A DNA stretch of 64,000 nt from Mobula hypostoma (Eukaryota): assembly GCF_963921235.1 (NCBI RefSeq), contig NC_086097.1, forward strand, positions 128,466,001 to 128,530,000, read 5' to 3'. This document shows, piece after piece, positions 12,998 through 24,810 of the stretch. The notes beneath the pieces are model-generated. The model was not told the origin of the DNA. It worked only from the letters and a program-made list of their open reading frames with translations, and did no database searches. A program made the position numbers and the translations under genes. How positions within the stretch are numbered: the first letter of the stretch is position 1; the number at the start of each line of letters is the position of its first letter.

Positions 12998-13298
12998 AGC
13001 CAAGTGGTTAAGGCATTCGACTAGTGATCTGAAGGTCGTGAGTTTGAGCCCCAGCTGAGGCAACGTGTTGTGTCTTTGAGCAAGGCACTTAATCACACAT
13101 TGCTCTGCGACGACACTGGTGCCAAGCTCTATGGGTCCTAATGGCTTTCCCTTGGACAACATCAGTGGCGTGGAGAGAGGAGACTTGCAGCATGGGCACC
13201 TAACTGCCTGTCTTCCATACAACCTTGCCCAGGCCTGCGCCCTGGAGTGTGAAGACTTTCCAGGTGCAGATCCATGGTCTCGAAAGATTAACGGATGC
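12998..13298 (+). mobile_element. tRNA-derived SINE with an RTE-related body/tail
   Basis: A-box-like agccaagtggttaagg and B-box-like gagtttgagccc, then gtgttgtgtctttgagcaaggcactt. TSD CATTCA at 12992-12997 and 13299-13304. Confidence 0.8.
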
Positions 13299-13849
13299 CA
13301 TTCAGACTGGGGGGCAAGAGGTTTGGTGGGAATTGAGATCCAGCCTGCTCTCACATAAATATAAATGATATCCTGACACTATTGGGAGGAAGGACAGGGG
13401 AATATGCCCGAGTGATGTTCATCCTTGATCAACTTCTGTCACTAACTGGTCATTTTGTCAATCTTGCTGGCTGCAAATTCCCCAGCACTGAAAACAAGCC
13501 ATTGACTGTGCATTGCTTTGATCTCACTCAGGACTTGCCTCTGTACGTAAGGACGATTGTGTTAAGAAGTAGATGCGTCTGAATCTCTCTCTCTGAGGAT
13601 TAAAGTGATTGATAATTCAAATTAACAAGGGGTTTTCATTAAGTGAAAGGAAAGTTAAAGTGTCAGGACAGTATTTTTCCTGAGAGTTTCTCCACTGTCC
13701 TGACATTACTACAGTTACACACTGCAAGACTGGAACTGGTAAATCTTTTCTGCGCCTTCCCAAGTAACTTGTAAAAATGTAGTGTATTGAGTCAGGACCC
13801 AAATTTAAATATTCACCATCACTGCAGTTTTTTTGTAATTAATGCCACC

Positions 13850-14080
13850 TTTCATACAGAGAGTGTTGGGTGCATGGAATGCACTGCCAGTGAAGGTGGT
13901 AAAGGCGGATACAATATAGTCTTTTAAGAAAGTCTTAGATAGGTACATGGAGCATAGAAAAATAGAGGGCTATGCAGTAGAGAAATTCTAGACAGTTTCT
14001 GGAGTAAGTTATATGGTTGGCACAACATCGTGGGCTAAAGGGCCTGTAATGTCCTGTAGATTTCTATGTTTCTATGTTTT
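13850..14080 (+). mobile_element. CR1 3' end
   Basis: QRVLGAWNALP...SFKKVLDRYM followed by a (TTTCTATG)n tail. Confidence 0.85.
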
Positions 14081-14904
14081 CATAGACCCAAGGATCCACA
14101 TTTCTTTTTTAAGTCCTCTCACTTTCAAATATTTCAGCCCCAGATTATTAATTTTGGCAGCCAAACAATTTTAAAAGAATAAAGTTCGTGTTGATATTTT
14201 CCCTTACATGTAATGTGAGCAGAAGAAGCCAAATAATTTGGAATTTAATGATTTTGGTCTGTATCCTCAGCCAAACTTTCACTTACTTTTGTAGGACAAG
14301 GAGTCAGTCTTTTCAATACAGTTGGCAAGAATAGCAAAGACTGATATCATTCTGCTGGGAGATCATCTTTACCCTTTCGTCTGATGCGTTTGAGCCATTT
14401 AAGATTGATTTGGACTGATCCGCAGGCATCGCACTGTGTGCCTCTCACCCACCCTTCCAGTTCAAAACTGCATGTAATACAATAAACTATTATTATGCTC
14501 TTCACTTGCATTTTAATGGTACACTCTGAGAGGCAATTTATTCTCTTAATATGTGAGTTCTAAAGAAAGAATGAGTTGGGCTTTTTATGTGGGAGATGCC
14601 ATAGTTCATAAATGATGACTTATGATAAAATATTGATAGCACTATAAAGCTCAATTTCTCTCTGGTTTTGCAGAGTCAGGCTTAAAAATTGTTTTCCATT
14701 CTATTGCACTGTTCTCTTGGTCTCAGTGGCACATGACTCCTGTAGACTCCAAAACAGTCTGGTTCATAATCTGTATCCTGCAAATGCATAAATGTTAGAG
14801 AGAATAGCTAACTCAAGTGTGGCTGTATCCACAGGAAGGATGGTCCAGGAAATTCATATTGTTTCTGCATGTTCTTGCCCAAAATATATATATTGTTACA
14901 AACA

Positions 14905-15620
14905 ACAAATCTCAGACACAACCTCATACCACCCTCTGGATCCTTACCCCACCACTGAACATCAGGCCTTTGTCTCGCACAAAATTACAGACCTTACTTG
15001 TTTGGGAGATGTTCCCTTCACTGCATACAACCTTGTTGTGTCCCAGTCCTGTGTAGCCAGGTTCTACTGCCTACCGAGATCTACAAACAGACCCAATATT
15101 TCAGCTTTGAGCCTACTGTATGTTTCGCTGCTTGCTTGCCCCTGGCTGAATCATTTCTCTGCTTTTATAGTGTCAAGATAGTAGAAAAGGTGGAAGTTAA
15201 TTAATCATTTACATGCAAATCCCCCAGCATTACTTATTGCACTCAGTGCCTCCATTGCTGTCTCCTCTACATCAGCGAGGTCAAATGCTGACTGGGGAAC
15301 CAAGAGAAGTCAAGCACATTCTCTCCATCCATCTAGACCATCTGGATCTCCTGGTTCCCAGCCATTTTACTTCTACTTTCTATTCCTACACTGACATGTC
15401 GATTCTGAGCCTTCTCTACTGCCAAGTTGAGGATAAATGCAAATTAGAGGAATAACGCCTAATATTCTACCCGGTAAGTCCATGATCTGACAGCATGAAC
15501 AGTGATTTCTCTAACTTCTGGTAACTGCACCTTTTCTCTTTTTTCTCTCTTCCTGATCAATCCTGCCCCGTATCTACTTCTCTTTCTTTTTCCCTACCCT
15601 CACCATCTGCCCATCACCTA
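14905..15620 (+). mobile_element. Degenerate Penelope-like element
   Basis: Decayed homolog of the 62124-63112 GIY-YIG region (ttattgcactcagtgc...ctctacatcagcgag; aaattagaggaataacgcctaatattc). Confidence 0.65.
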
Positions 15621-15874
15621 CATACAACTCACAATGGTTGCGATACCTACCGCACTCCCTTTATTCCCTGCTCCACCTGAAGTGACTTGTCTAATTTGGG
15701 AATTCCTCTCAGGCTTTAGTACTTGATTCCTAGAGGCTGATTTCCAGTCTAGGGCAAAACAGGTAATATCCAGGGTGCTCAGCAATTGAGTAATAGAAAA
15801 TAATTCTTTTGAACAACAGTTGTTAATTGCACAGCACCCTTTAACCTATCAAGTACATCTGAGGCTCTGATCAT

Positions 15875-16190
15875 GTGGATAGCCAGAGGCTTCTTCCCAG
15901 GGCTGAAATGGCTAACAGGAGGGGGCATAGTTTTAAGGTGCTTGGAAGTGGATACAAGGGGGATGTCAGAGTTAAGTTTTACACACAGAGGGTGGTGGGT
16001 GAGTGGAATGCACCACCAGTGACGGTGGTAGAGGTAGATGCAATAAGGTCTTTTAAGAGACTCTTAGATAGGTACATGGAGCTTAGAAAAATACACAGAT
16101 TCTAAGCAGTTTCTGGAGTAGATTACATGGTCAGCACAACACTGTGGGCCGAAGGGCCTGTAATATGCTGTAAATTTCTATGTTCTGTAA
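15875..16190 (+). mobile_element. CR1 3' end
   Basis: DSQRLLPRAEMANRRGHSFKVLG...TQRVVGEWN, followed by a CR1 tail. Confidence 0.85.
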
Positions 16191-16579
16191 GGCTTCAGGA
16201 ATGATTATTAATATATACTGAAAATTTTCCATTTAAGGAGACATTAGGGCTAATGACTGACCACCTCCAAAGCCTCCGCATCCTCCCTGTAATGGAGCTT
16301 CGAGATTAATTTCTTATAAAATATCAGATTTACGGAATGCAATGACTAGCATAAAATAGAAAATGCTGGAAATGCTCAACAGGTCAGGTAGCATCAATAG
16401 AAAAAGAAACAGTACTAATATTTCAGGTCAGAGACCAGTCATCACAACTTAGTAGGGGAAAGAAACAAATTAGTTTTAAGTTGTAGAGAAGGTGGGTAAA
16501 ATTCAAGGGATATATTTGGTCAAGTGAGGCCAGGGTTACAATGAGGATAAACTGGAGATGAATTCATTGGTTTCTGAGG

Positions 16580-16586
16580 GGAGAGG

Positions 16587-16656
<70 letters not shown>

Positions 16657-16665
16657 GGGAGAGAA
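16580..16665. repeat. (GA)n microsatellite
   Basis: Long GA run. Confidence 0.98.
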
Positions 16666-16989
16666 AGCACAAACAAAGGAACATAAAAGCTGTGAAATGC
16701 AGAGCTGCAGGAAATCCTTAGCAGTACTCATAAAGAGAGATAAACAAGCCCAATTTTCATTTATAATGGCCTTTTTGTGCCCTATTTCTTGAATTGCGTA
16801 TGGTGTATCTGGTTTTCCGCAGAACCAATAATAGCCTTCGACAAGTAACAGCAAAAAAAATGTAAGTACGTTTTTTCTTCCCTTTCCACACCTTTTCTCA
16901 ACCAGAGGAGAATCTTTTGCTTGTGCCAATTTGTGCAGCTAGAATTTTAATAATATTGCAAATGTAATACTTTCAGTGAAAATAATGGA

Positions 16990-17340
16990 AATTACAAGAG
17001 TTTTGCATTACTACATTGCCTAAAGTGTTCCTTTCAAGCCACACAGTCCGCTGGCAATATCCTTTATAACTTATTTTTTTAAGTGTGATCATTATTGTAA
17101 TGTTGGAAATATGGCAGCTAATTTGCACACAGCAAGCTCCCACACAGAGTGAAGCGATAATGACCAGATAATCTGTTTCTGTGATGTTGAGTGAAGGATA
17201 AGTGTTGGCCCCAGGACACACAGGAGAACTCCTCTTCAAGACAGTTCTATGGGATCTTAGGTGGCCACCTGAGAAAGCAAACAGGACCTCAGTTTAATGT
17301 CTCATCTGAAAGTCGTTGAGAATGCAGCGATGTACTCCAT
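16990..17340 (-). mobile_element. DeuSINE (SacSINE1/AmnSINE1-type Deu domain)
   Basis: Minus strand reads ttcagatgagacattaaactgaggtcctg...ctcaggtgg...aagatcccatag...cctggggccaaca...cagattatctggtcattatc...tgtgggagcttgctgtgtgcaaattagctgcc, the Deu-domain signature. Confidence 0.8.
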
Positions 17341-17829
17341 TACATCATTAAAAGGTCAGAAGGCCGTGGCACACAACCCAAGATGATTGCATTGCAAACT
17401 GAAGCATTAAAAAGAAGCACATATTCATATTCCCTGCACAGGCAGTGAAGTTTTCTCCCCTCTCTTATGCAATGTAACAAATGACCCAGACAGCCAGAAT
17501 TACTTTGCAGCCAACTCCCTTTGTGTCTCTCCCCCATTTCACAGCTATAAGGCAATCAGCAGAACCATTTATCAATTCAAAACTGGGAACACAGGATTGT
17601 GGATATCAAAGGTATTCAATGAACAGTCTGACCTGGTAGCTTTCGATTGATGATTCGGTGAGTGGCTTGTAATAATCTGGTTATGATATAGATATTTTCT
17701 ATATTTAGTCTCCTGCCACTGCTGTTTCCATTTGCATCACAATGCAACGTTGACCGGTTTCAGCAGTGCTTCCTGTGGCGAACCACTTCCATACAGGTGC
17801 AATGGGACCTGATGGAGCAGCAGGAAGAT

Positions 17830-19015
17830 CTGGTCATTGCAGATTCCAGGCTGCAGGAGTGCGTGCTGAGGGACATGTTGAAGCTTGGTGCAGCTACTGC
17901 AAGGGCTCCGTGGGGAAGGACCACTGTATAGGGTACAGGAGCAGGGAGGTACTACTGCAGTTGTACAAGGCCTTGGTGAGACCACACCTGGAATACCGTG
18001 TGCAGTTTTGGTCCCCTAATCTGAGGAAAGACATCCTTGCCATAGAGGGAATACAAAGAAGGTTCACCAGATTGATTCCTGGGATGGCAGGACTTTCATA
18101 TGATGAAAGACTGGATCGACTAGGCTTATACTCTCTGGAATTTAGAAGATTGAGGGGGGATCTTATTGAAAAGTATAAAATTCTAAAGGGATTGGACAGG
18201 CTAGATGCAGGAAGATTGTTCCCGATGGTGGGGAAGTCCAGAACCAGAGGTCACAGTTTAAGGATAAAGGGGAAGCCTTTTAGGACCGAGATGAGGAAAA
18301 ACTTCTTCACACAGCGAGTGGTGAATCTGTGGAATTCTCTGCCGCAGGAAACAGTTGAGGCCAGTTCATTGGCTATATTTAAGAGGGAGTTAGATATGGC
18401 CCTTGTGGCTCAAGGGATCAGGGGGTATGGAGAGAAGGCAGATACAGGGTTCTGAGTTGGATGATCAGCCACGTTCATACTGAATGGCGGTGCAGGCTCG
18501 AAGGGCCGAATTGCCTCCTCCTGCACCTATTTTCTATATTTCTATGTTTCTATGTTCGTCCGCTACTGAAGAGGGAAGGGTCGGGCTGAGTGAGGAAGCC
18601 ACTCCCTCACCCAGGCTGGGAACACCCACCCTTAGGTCCACCTGATGCTTGCTGGTTTCCCAGCACAGTGTGAAGTCCATAGTGCAATGCTGCCAGCTGG
18701 CACTGTCCAGTTCGCCAGGGTTTGTGCCAAGGGGTGTACTGAAGCTTGGTGTAGCTAATGCAGGGGCTCTGAGGGGAAGGAGTACTATCTGGGCTCCTCC
18801 CACTACCACTCATGGAGGGGCTGAGTCAGGTGGGGAAGGCCCTCAAACAATGAAAGAGTGTAACACATCAGGGGGTCACAGGGACAGCAATAACGCTGTG
18901 AATTTAAAAATACGTTAACACCACCGGATGCACTGATCATGAGTGTAAAAGAGTTGCAGTGCTTCTTTTGCATATGTTTTTATTATGAACAAAGTTCATG
19001 TTTGAAATGTTGAAA
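17830..19015 (+). mobile_element. Two Tx1-like (L1 clade) 3' remnants (~17830-17930 and ~18560-19015) around a CR1 insertion
   Basis: Both blocks encode a similar C-terminus (SRLQECVLRDMLKLGAATARAPWGRTTV and LKLGVANAGALRGRSTI) and are similar to each other. An A-rich end lies near 19015. Confidence 0.55.
17931..18555 (+). mobile_element. Young CR1 3' fragment with an open ORF2 C-terminus
   Basis: Uninterrupted YRSREVLLQLYKALVRPHLEYRVQFWSP...RRLRGDLIE...TRGHSL...FFTQRVVNLWNSLP, then a (TTTCTATG)n tail. Confidence 0.95.
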
Positions 19016-19642
19016 AAGGATGATCTGGTCTTACCCACTGGACACTGAGGGGTGAACCATGTGCAAGGAGCTGTCGGGTGCATTGTTTAGAGGCAACGTG
19101 AGCGGCATTAGTGCTTTTGTTGAAAGAAAGCATTAAACTGAAGACTTGACAGTATCACGACTGTGTAGAATGGGCAATCTTAATAATGTAAAGAAAGCCA
19201 TGTACTGGATATTCTTGTAAATGATTTTACGAATATTAATTTTTTAAATCTGATATTTTCCCTGTTTTCCACACTACCACTCTTCCCAATCTCTTTATTA
19301 AACAGAAGAGCAGAAGAGCTGCAAGGCATGAATAAAGATCTACTTTAATGTACTTAATGTAGCATGAAAATACAACAAAGGTGGTTAAGAAAACTATGTT
19401 TAAATCAAATTGACACCAAGCCATTTGGTGGAGATGCCAAATTTTGGGGTAAAGAGATAAGATCTGTGATATCTCCAGCCAGAAGTGAAGGTCTAAGGAG
19501 GGACTTTTGGAATTGAGACTCTGCCAGCTAAAGACTTACCCACTAGAAATGGGTTGATCAAAACTTGTAATGTTCAAAGGCCTGAAATGGAGCAGCTCAG
19601 ACACCTTGGGAGATCGTAGAGTTGCAGTTAACTACAGATATA

Positions 19643-20195
19643 TATGGTTTTCGGTCGGGCGCCAGGCGCTCGGAGAGATTGGTGGGGGGTGGGTGTCCAG
19701 CGCTCGGCCGGGGGCCATGGTCGAGTGGCCGGCGACTTGGGCCGGCTCCCCCCACCGGACTTAGTCTGGTGAGGAGGGTGTGAGGACACCCAGCAGGACT
19801 AAAAAAAAACAAGACCTGACAAAGGGTGGATGAGCTCCTTGTGAGCCAACGGCCATCTTCCGTGGAAGAGATTAAAGCCTCACCACGTATCTACGAATCG
19901 TATGCCATGCACCTAGTTAGAAGAGACATGGTGAACTTGGGCGCTGCACTGTGTGCCTGGTCCTGCTCAAGGCCTCCGCCTAAGGAAGGGCCGAGCTTGA
20001 AGAAGCGGCCACGGCTGGGAGCCGACACGGCCTCGGGCTCGAGTTCAGCGGGGGTGGCAGCGGGCGGTGCCAAAGCGGCCAATGAGAACAAACTGGAGGA
20101 GAGGCTGTACTCGGTGCCGTCACAAGATCGAAGAAAATGGAGGTGCATAGCCGCCAACCCCGGATTCGGGACGTCACCCACTGACTGACTGACTG
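19643..20195 (+). mobile_element. Chimeric non-autonomous RTE-type retroposon carrying a captured host gene fragment
   Basis: TSD AGATATA at 19636-19642 and 20196-20202; (ACTG)n tail; RTE-like C-terminal QDRRKWRCIAANP; CpG-rich relative to the flanks. Confidence 0.75.
19943..20117 (+). pseudogene. ZFTRAF1: Retroposed fragment of the ZFTRAF1/CYHR1 N-terminal coding region
   Basis: KKRPRL, an Ala/Gly/Ser linker and KLEERLYSV match the remembered vertebrate CYHR1/ZFTRAF1 pattern PPKKR...GKLEERLYSVLCCTVC. It is truncated just before the RING cysteines. Confidence 0.7.
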
Positions 20196-20654
20196 AGATA
20201 TAGAGGAATGGTAAGATTGAAAAAGGTAAACAGCAAATGATCTGCTGGAGGAACTCATCAGGTTTAGCAGCATCGAGAGGGAATTTATTTGTTGATGTTT
20301 CTGGTCAAAACCCTGAACCTTCGTTCATTTGTTCTTTTTTATGTTTTCTCTAACCCAATTTGATTTTATGAATGACTTTTCAAACTTATGGTTAGTTATA
20401 TTAATATCCTTTATTTGATTGAGTTAGAAGGAGAAATATGCCACTGATTCTTTGCATCCTTATTTCAATTTCCTCCTAATTTACAGGATCTCAGCTCTCT
20501 CATTCATTCCGTTGCTAAATTATCTCAGATTCAGCCCTTTGTTCTTTGCTGATTCTTCTCTGTTGTTTTTCAAATTTAAACCTTATCGCTGCTCTTCCTA
20601 CTTCCAAGGTGCTTCTACTATGCTCTGTTCACCTCCCTGACCTACTATTAGCTG

Positions 20655-21010
20655 GTTGGTTTGTTATTAACGCCACATGTATCAGGGTCCAGAGTAAAAC
20701 TTTGTTTTGCATGCCATCCATGCAGATATTTCATCACATCAGAACATCAAAGTTGTACAAGGGAAAAGGAAAAACATACATAGAATATAGAGCTACAGTT
20801 ACAGAGAAAGCACGGTGCAGGCAGACAGTAAGGCTGTGATGAGATAAAGTCTATCTTGTCATACAAGGGGATCATTCAATAATCTTATGATAGCAGGACA
20901 GAAAATGTTCTTAAGCTTGTTGGTACATACTTTCAGTCTTTTGCTCCTTCTGTACCTTCAGACAGGGGGTGAAAAGACAATGCCTGAAGTGGGAGGGTCC
21001 ATGGATTACT
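20655..21010 (-). mobile_element. Rex1/Babar 3' fragment
   Basis: Reverse complement of the Rex C-terminus and 3' UTR; head-to-head with the plus-strand copy at 21025. Confidence 0.65.
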
Positions 21011-21024
21011 ATCATCAATTTTTT

Positions 21025-21910
21025 TCAACAACAACCTCTTGCTCAATGTCAACAAGACCAAAGAGCTGATTATTGACTTCAGGAGGAGGAAATTGGAGGT
21101 CAATACGCCAGTCTTCATCAGAGGATCAAAAGTGGAGATGATCAGCAACTTTAAATTTTTCGGTGTTATCATTTCAGAGGACCTGTCCTGGGCCCAGTGT
21201 GTAAGTGCAATTTCGAAGAAAGCATGGCAGTGCCTCTACTTCCTTAGGACTTAGTAAAAATTCAGCATAACATCTAAAACTTTCACAAACTTCTATAGAT
21301 GTGCGTTGGACAGAATATTGACTGGTTGCAGCACAGCCTGGTATGGAAACACCAATGCCCTTGAACGGATAATCCTATGAAAAATAATGGATACAGATCA
21401 GTCCATCACGGGTTGAGCACAACTACACAGAGCGCTGTCACAAGAAAGTAACGTCCATCATCAACGACCCCGCCATCCAGGTCATGCTCTCTTCTTGCTG
21501 CTGCCATCAGGAAGAAAGTACAGGAGCCTAGGGACTCACACTACCAGGTTCAGGAACAGTTATTAATCCTCAACCATCAGTCTCTTAAACCATTCATACA
21601 ACGTCACTTGCCCCATCACTGAATTGTTCCCACAAACTATGGACATGCTTTCAAGGTCTCTTCATCTCATGTTTTCGATATGTATTACTTATTTATCTAT
21701 TTGTTTGTTTGTTTGTTTATTCTGTTTTGTATTTGCATAATTTGTTGTCTTTTGCATATTGGTTGTTAGGTGCGGTCTTTCATTAATTCTAATGTATTTC
21801 TTGGAGTTGCTGAGTATGCCCAAAAGCAAATGTATTTCAGGATTGTATATGATGACATGTATGTACTTTGATAATAAATTTCCTTTGAACTTTGAACTTG
21901 AACTTTGAAA
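21025..21910 (+). mobile_element. Rex1/Babar LINE, 5'-truncated
   Basis: LNVNKTKELIIDFRRRK...FKFFGVIISEDLSW...CLYFLR, with a (TTGAAC)n tail. Confidence 0.9.
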
Positions 21911-21934
21911 TTTACCATCATAGCAAGGTCACAG

Positions 21935-23235
21935 CAGATGCCATTTTGTTGGCGTTTCACTAAACCCTGGAAGATCTGGACAGCTCAGGATGCTCTGTAT
22001 TGACTACAGTGTGACATCCAATATCATCATCCCCTCAAAACTAATCAATAAGCTTCAAGAACTTGGACTCACTACCTCCTTATGCAATTGGATCCTGATT
22101 TTCCTCATTTACAGACCACAGTCAGTTGAGATTAGCAACAACAGCTCCTCCACAATCTCCATCAGCACAGGTGCATCACAAGGCTGTGTGCTTGACCCCT
22201 TCTCTATTCACTTTACACTTATGATTGTGTGGCTAAATTTAGATCCAATGCCATATTTAAGTTTGCTGATGACACCAGTGTCGTTGGCTGGATCAGAGGT
22301 GGTGACGAACCAGCATGTAGGAGGGAGATTGAAAATCTGACTGAGTGCTGTCAGAACAATAACCTTTCACTCAATATCTGTAAGACTAGGGAGTTGATTA
22401 TTGATTTCAGAAGGAGGAAACCAAAGGTCCATGAGCCAGTCCTCATCAGGGGATCAGAAGTGAAGAGAATCAGCAAATTTAAGTTCCTCTATGTTATCAT
22501 TTCAGAGGATTTGTCATGGTCCCAGCATATAAGTCCAATTACGAAGAAAGCATGGCAGTGCCTCTAATTCCTTAGAAGTTTGCGAGGTTTCAGCATGAAA
22601 TTTGAAACCTTGACAAACTTCGATAGGTGTATAGTGGATTGGTTGCATCACGGCCTGGTATGGAAACACCAATGCCCTTGAATGGAAAATCCTACAACGT
22701 GTAGTGGATATGGCTCAGTCCATCATGGTTAAAGCCCTCTCCACCGTTGAGCACAACAACATGGAGTACAGTGGCAAGAAAGCAGCATCCATCATCTAGG
22801 ATACCCACCATCCGGACCATGCTCCCTTCTTGCTGCTGCCATCAGGAAGGAGGTATAGGAGAGTCAGGACTCACACCACCAGTTCAGGAACAGTTATTAC
22901 CCCTTAGCAATCAGGCTTATGAACCAGAGGGGATAACTGCAGCTAACTTCACTTGCCTCAGCACTGAATGGTTCCCACAACTTATGGACTCACTTTGAAG
23001 GACTCTTTATCTCATGATTTCAATATTTATTGCTTATTTCGTTATCTTTTGCATTTGCAATGTTTGTTTCTTTGCACATTGGTTGTTTGTCCGCCCTGTT
23101 GGATGTGGTCTTTTTGTGGTCTTAATTCTTTTGTGTTTCTTGGATTTACTGAGTATGCCCACAAGAAAATGAATCTCAGGGATGTATATGGTGACATATA
23201 TATACGTTGATAATACATTTACTTTGAACTTTAAA
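21935..23235 (+). mobile_element. Rex1/Babar LINE, 5'-truncated, with RT core
   Basis: [21 protein letters not shown] and LSLNICKTRELIIDFRR, plus 3' UTR and tail. Confidence 0.92.
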
Positions 23236-23564
23236 TTTTCTGTCATATACACAAGTATATATATGCACAGGTATAATTAAAAATTGTACTAGTGTATATG
23301 ACAATTAATGCGATTTTAACTTCAACTTTGACTACTGCATAGCTAGCTATGAGCAAAATCTTCATTCGGTTTCATGAAGAAATCGTACACTCATTCTAAG
23401 AATTCCTATTCCTTTTGTCTTCTCTTTTCCAACCTGTCCCAGTTAATAAACGGTTCATTAAACTCTTAGAACAATAATTCTGTTATTCAAACTTATTTCT
23501 CCAATTTATCTGCATATTTCCTTTTTTGTATCCTTCCTTTAATTTGAAGTTCTGTAATATACCC

Positions 23565-23835
23565 AGGGCGACATAGTAGTGAAGTGGTTAGCACAACGCC
23601 TTACAGTACTGGCGACCTGGGTTCAATTCCTACTGCTGCCTGTAAGGAGTGTGTATGTTCTCCCTGTGACTGCACGGGTGCTCCGGTTTCCTCCCACAGT
23701 CCTAAGACATACCGGTTGGTAGAATAATTGGTCATTGTAAATTGTCCTGTGACTAGGCTAGGATTAAATTGGGAGATTGCTGGGCAGCGTGGTTCAAAGG
23801 GGCCAGAAGCGCCTACTCCATGCTAATTCTTAACA
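23565..23835 (+). mobile_element. V-SINE (HE1-like)
   Basis: tRNA-like boxes (agtggttagc; gggttcaattcc) and the V-domain gggtgctccggtttcctcccacagtcc. Confidence 0.85.
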
Positions 23836-24324
23836 AACAAAAACAAAATAAATTTTAATATATTAGCAATTATTTTTAATAGCTGAACTTATGCCAGTGT
23901 CCCTTCTGTAAACATCTCTCTCACTAGTTATTCCAAATAATATTTCTCACCCTTTGCTACTTTGATGTGAACTATCTTGCAATGTTTATATTTCATTACC
24001 AGCCCGTTGATAATCAGATGTATGCCAATGTTATTAACATTGCACCTGTCTGCAAAACAATAGCTTCCAGATCCCCCCAGTTTACTTGTTCACAGCAGTA
24101 TATCCAGTTCACCTACTTTTCTCATTTGAACAACCCTTCTTCCAGGCTTCATCTTGTGGAATCCTGTTGTCTGCTCTCCAGCTGAAACGATTTATTTCTA
24201 TACTCTGAAACTACCTTGTTAAATTGGCTGCTCTGTGAATGTTGCCTTTGTTTATGTTTCCCTTCATTAATCAGAAACTCTGATTATATTGTCTGTCTCC
24301 GTTCTTCTATTTTGTAGATGACTT

Positions 24325-24810
24325 GAATCAGAATCAGAATCAGGTTTAATATCACCAGCATATGTTGTGAAATTATTTGTTTTGCGGCAGCAGTACAGTG
24401 CAAAACATAATAATAAAAACAATAAATTACAATAAGAAGTGTATTGTATAAAAATAAATTAAATGAGTAGTGCAAAGAGAGAGGGGAAAATATTGAGGAA
24501 GTGTTCATGGGTTCATTGTCCATTCACAAATCTGATGATGGAGCGGAAGAGGTTGTTCTTAAAATGGTGAGTGTGTGGCTTCAGGATCCTGTATTTTTTC
24601 CTTAATGGCAGCAATGAGAAGAGGTCATGTCCTCGGCGATGGAGGCCCTTAATGACAGATGTTGCCTATTGAAGCATCGCCTTTTGAAAGTGCTGAGGAG
24701 GCTAGTGCCCACAATGGAGCTGGCTGAGTTTACAACTTCCTGCAGCTTTTTCCGATCCTGTGCAGCGGCCCCTCCGTACCAGACAGTGATGCCACCAATT
24801 AGAATGCTGG
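24325..24810 (-). mobile_element. Rex1/Babar 3' fragment
   Basis: (AATCAG)n tail at about 24327, with reverse-complement Rex 3' UTR and ORF end. Confidence 0.8.

Noticed and set aside
12998..13070. tRNA gene
   Set aside because: tRNA-like boxes continue into a SINE body bounded by a TSD; no complete cloverleaf or Pol III terminator.
16564..16929. 121-aa ORF with SL repeats
   Set aside because: The C-terminal part is a translation of the (GA)n microsatellite.
17766..18455. 229-aa ORF as a host gene
   Set aside because: It is a CR1 ORF2 C-terminus read in from flanking Tx1-like sequence by chance.
19650..20180. CpG-island promoter or true first exon of ZFTRAF1
   Set aside because: Homology stops before LCCTVC with no splice donor, no downstream exons are recognisable, and the block has a TSD and a tandem tail.
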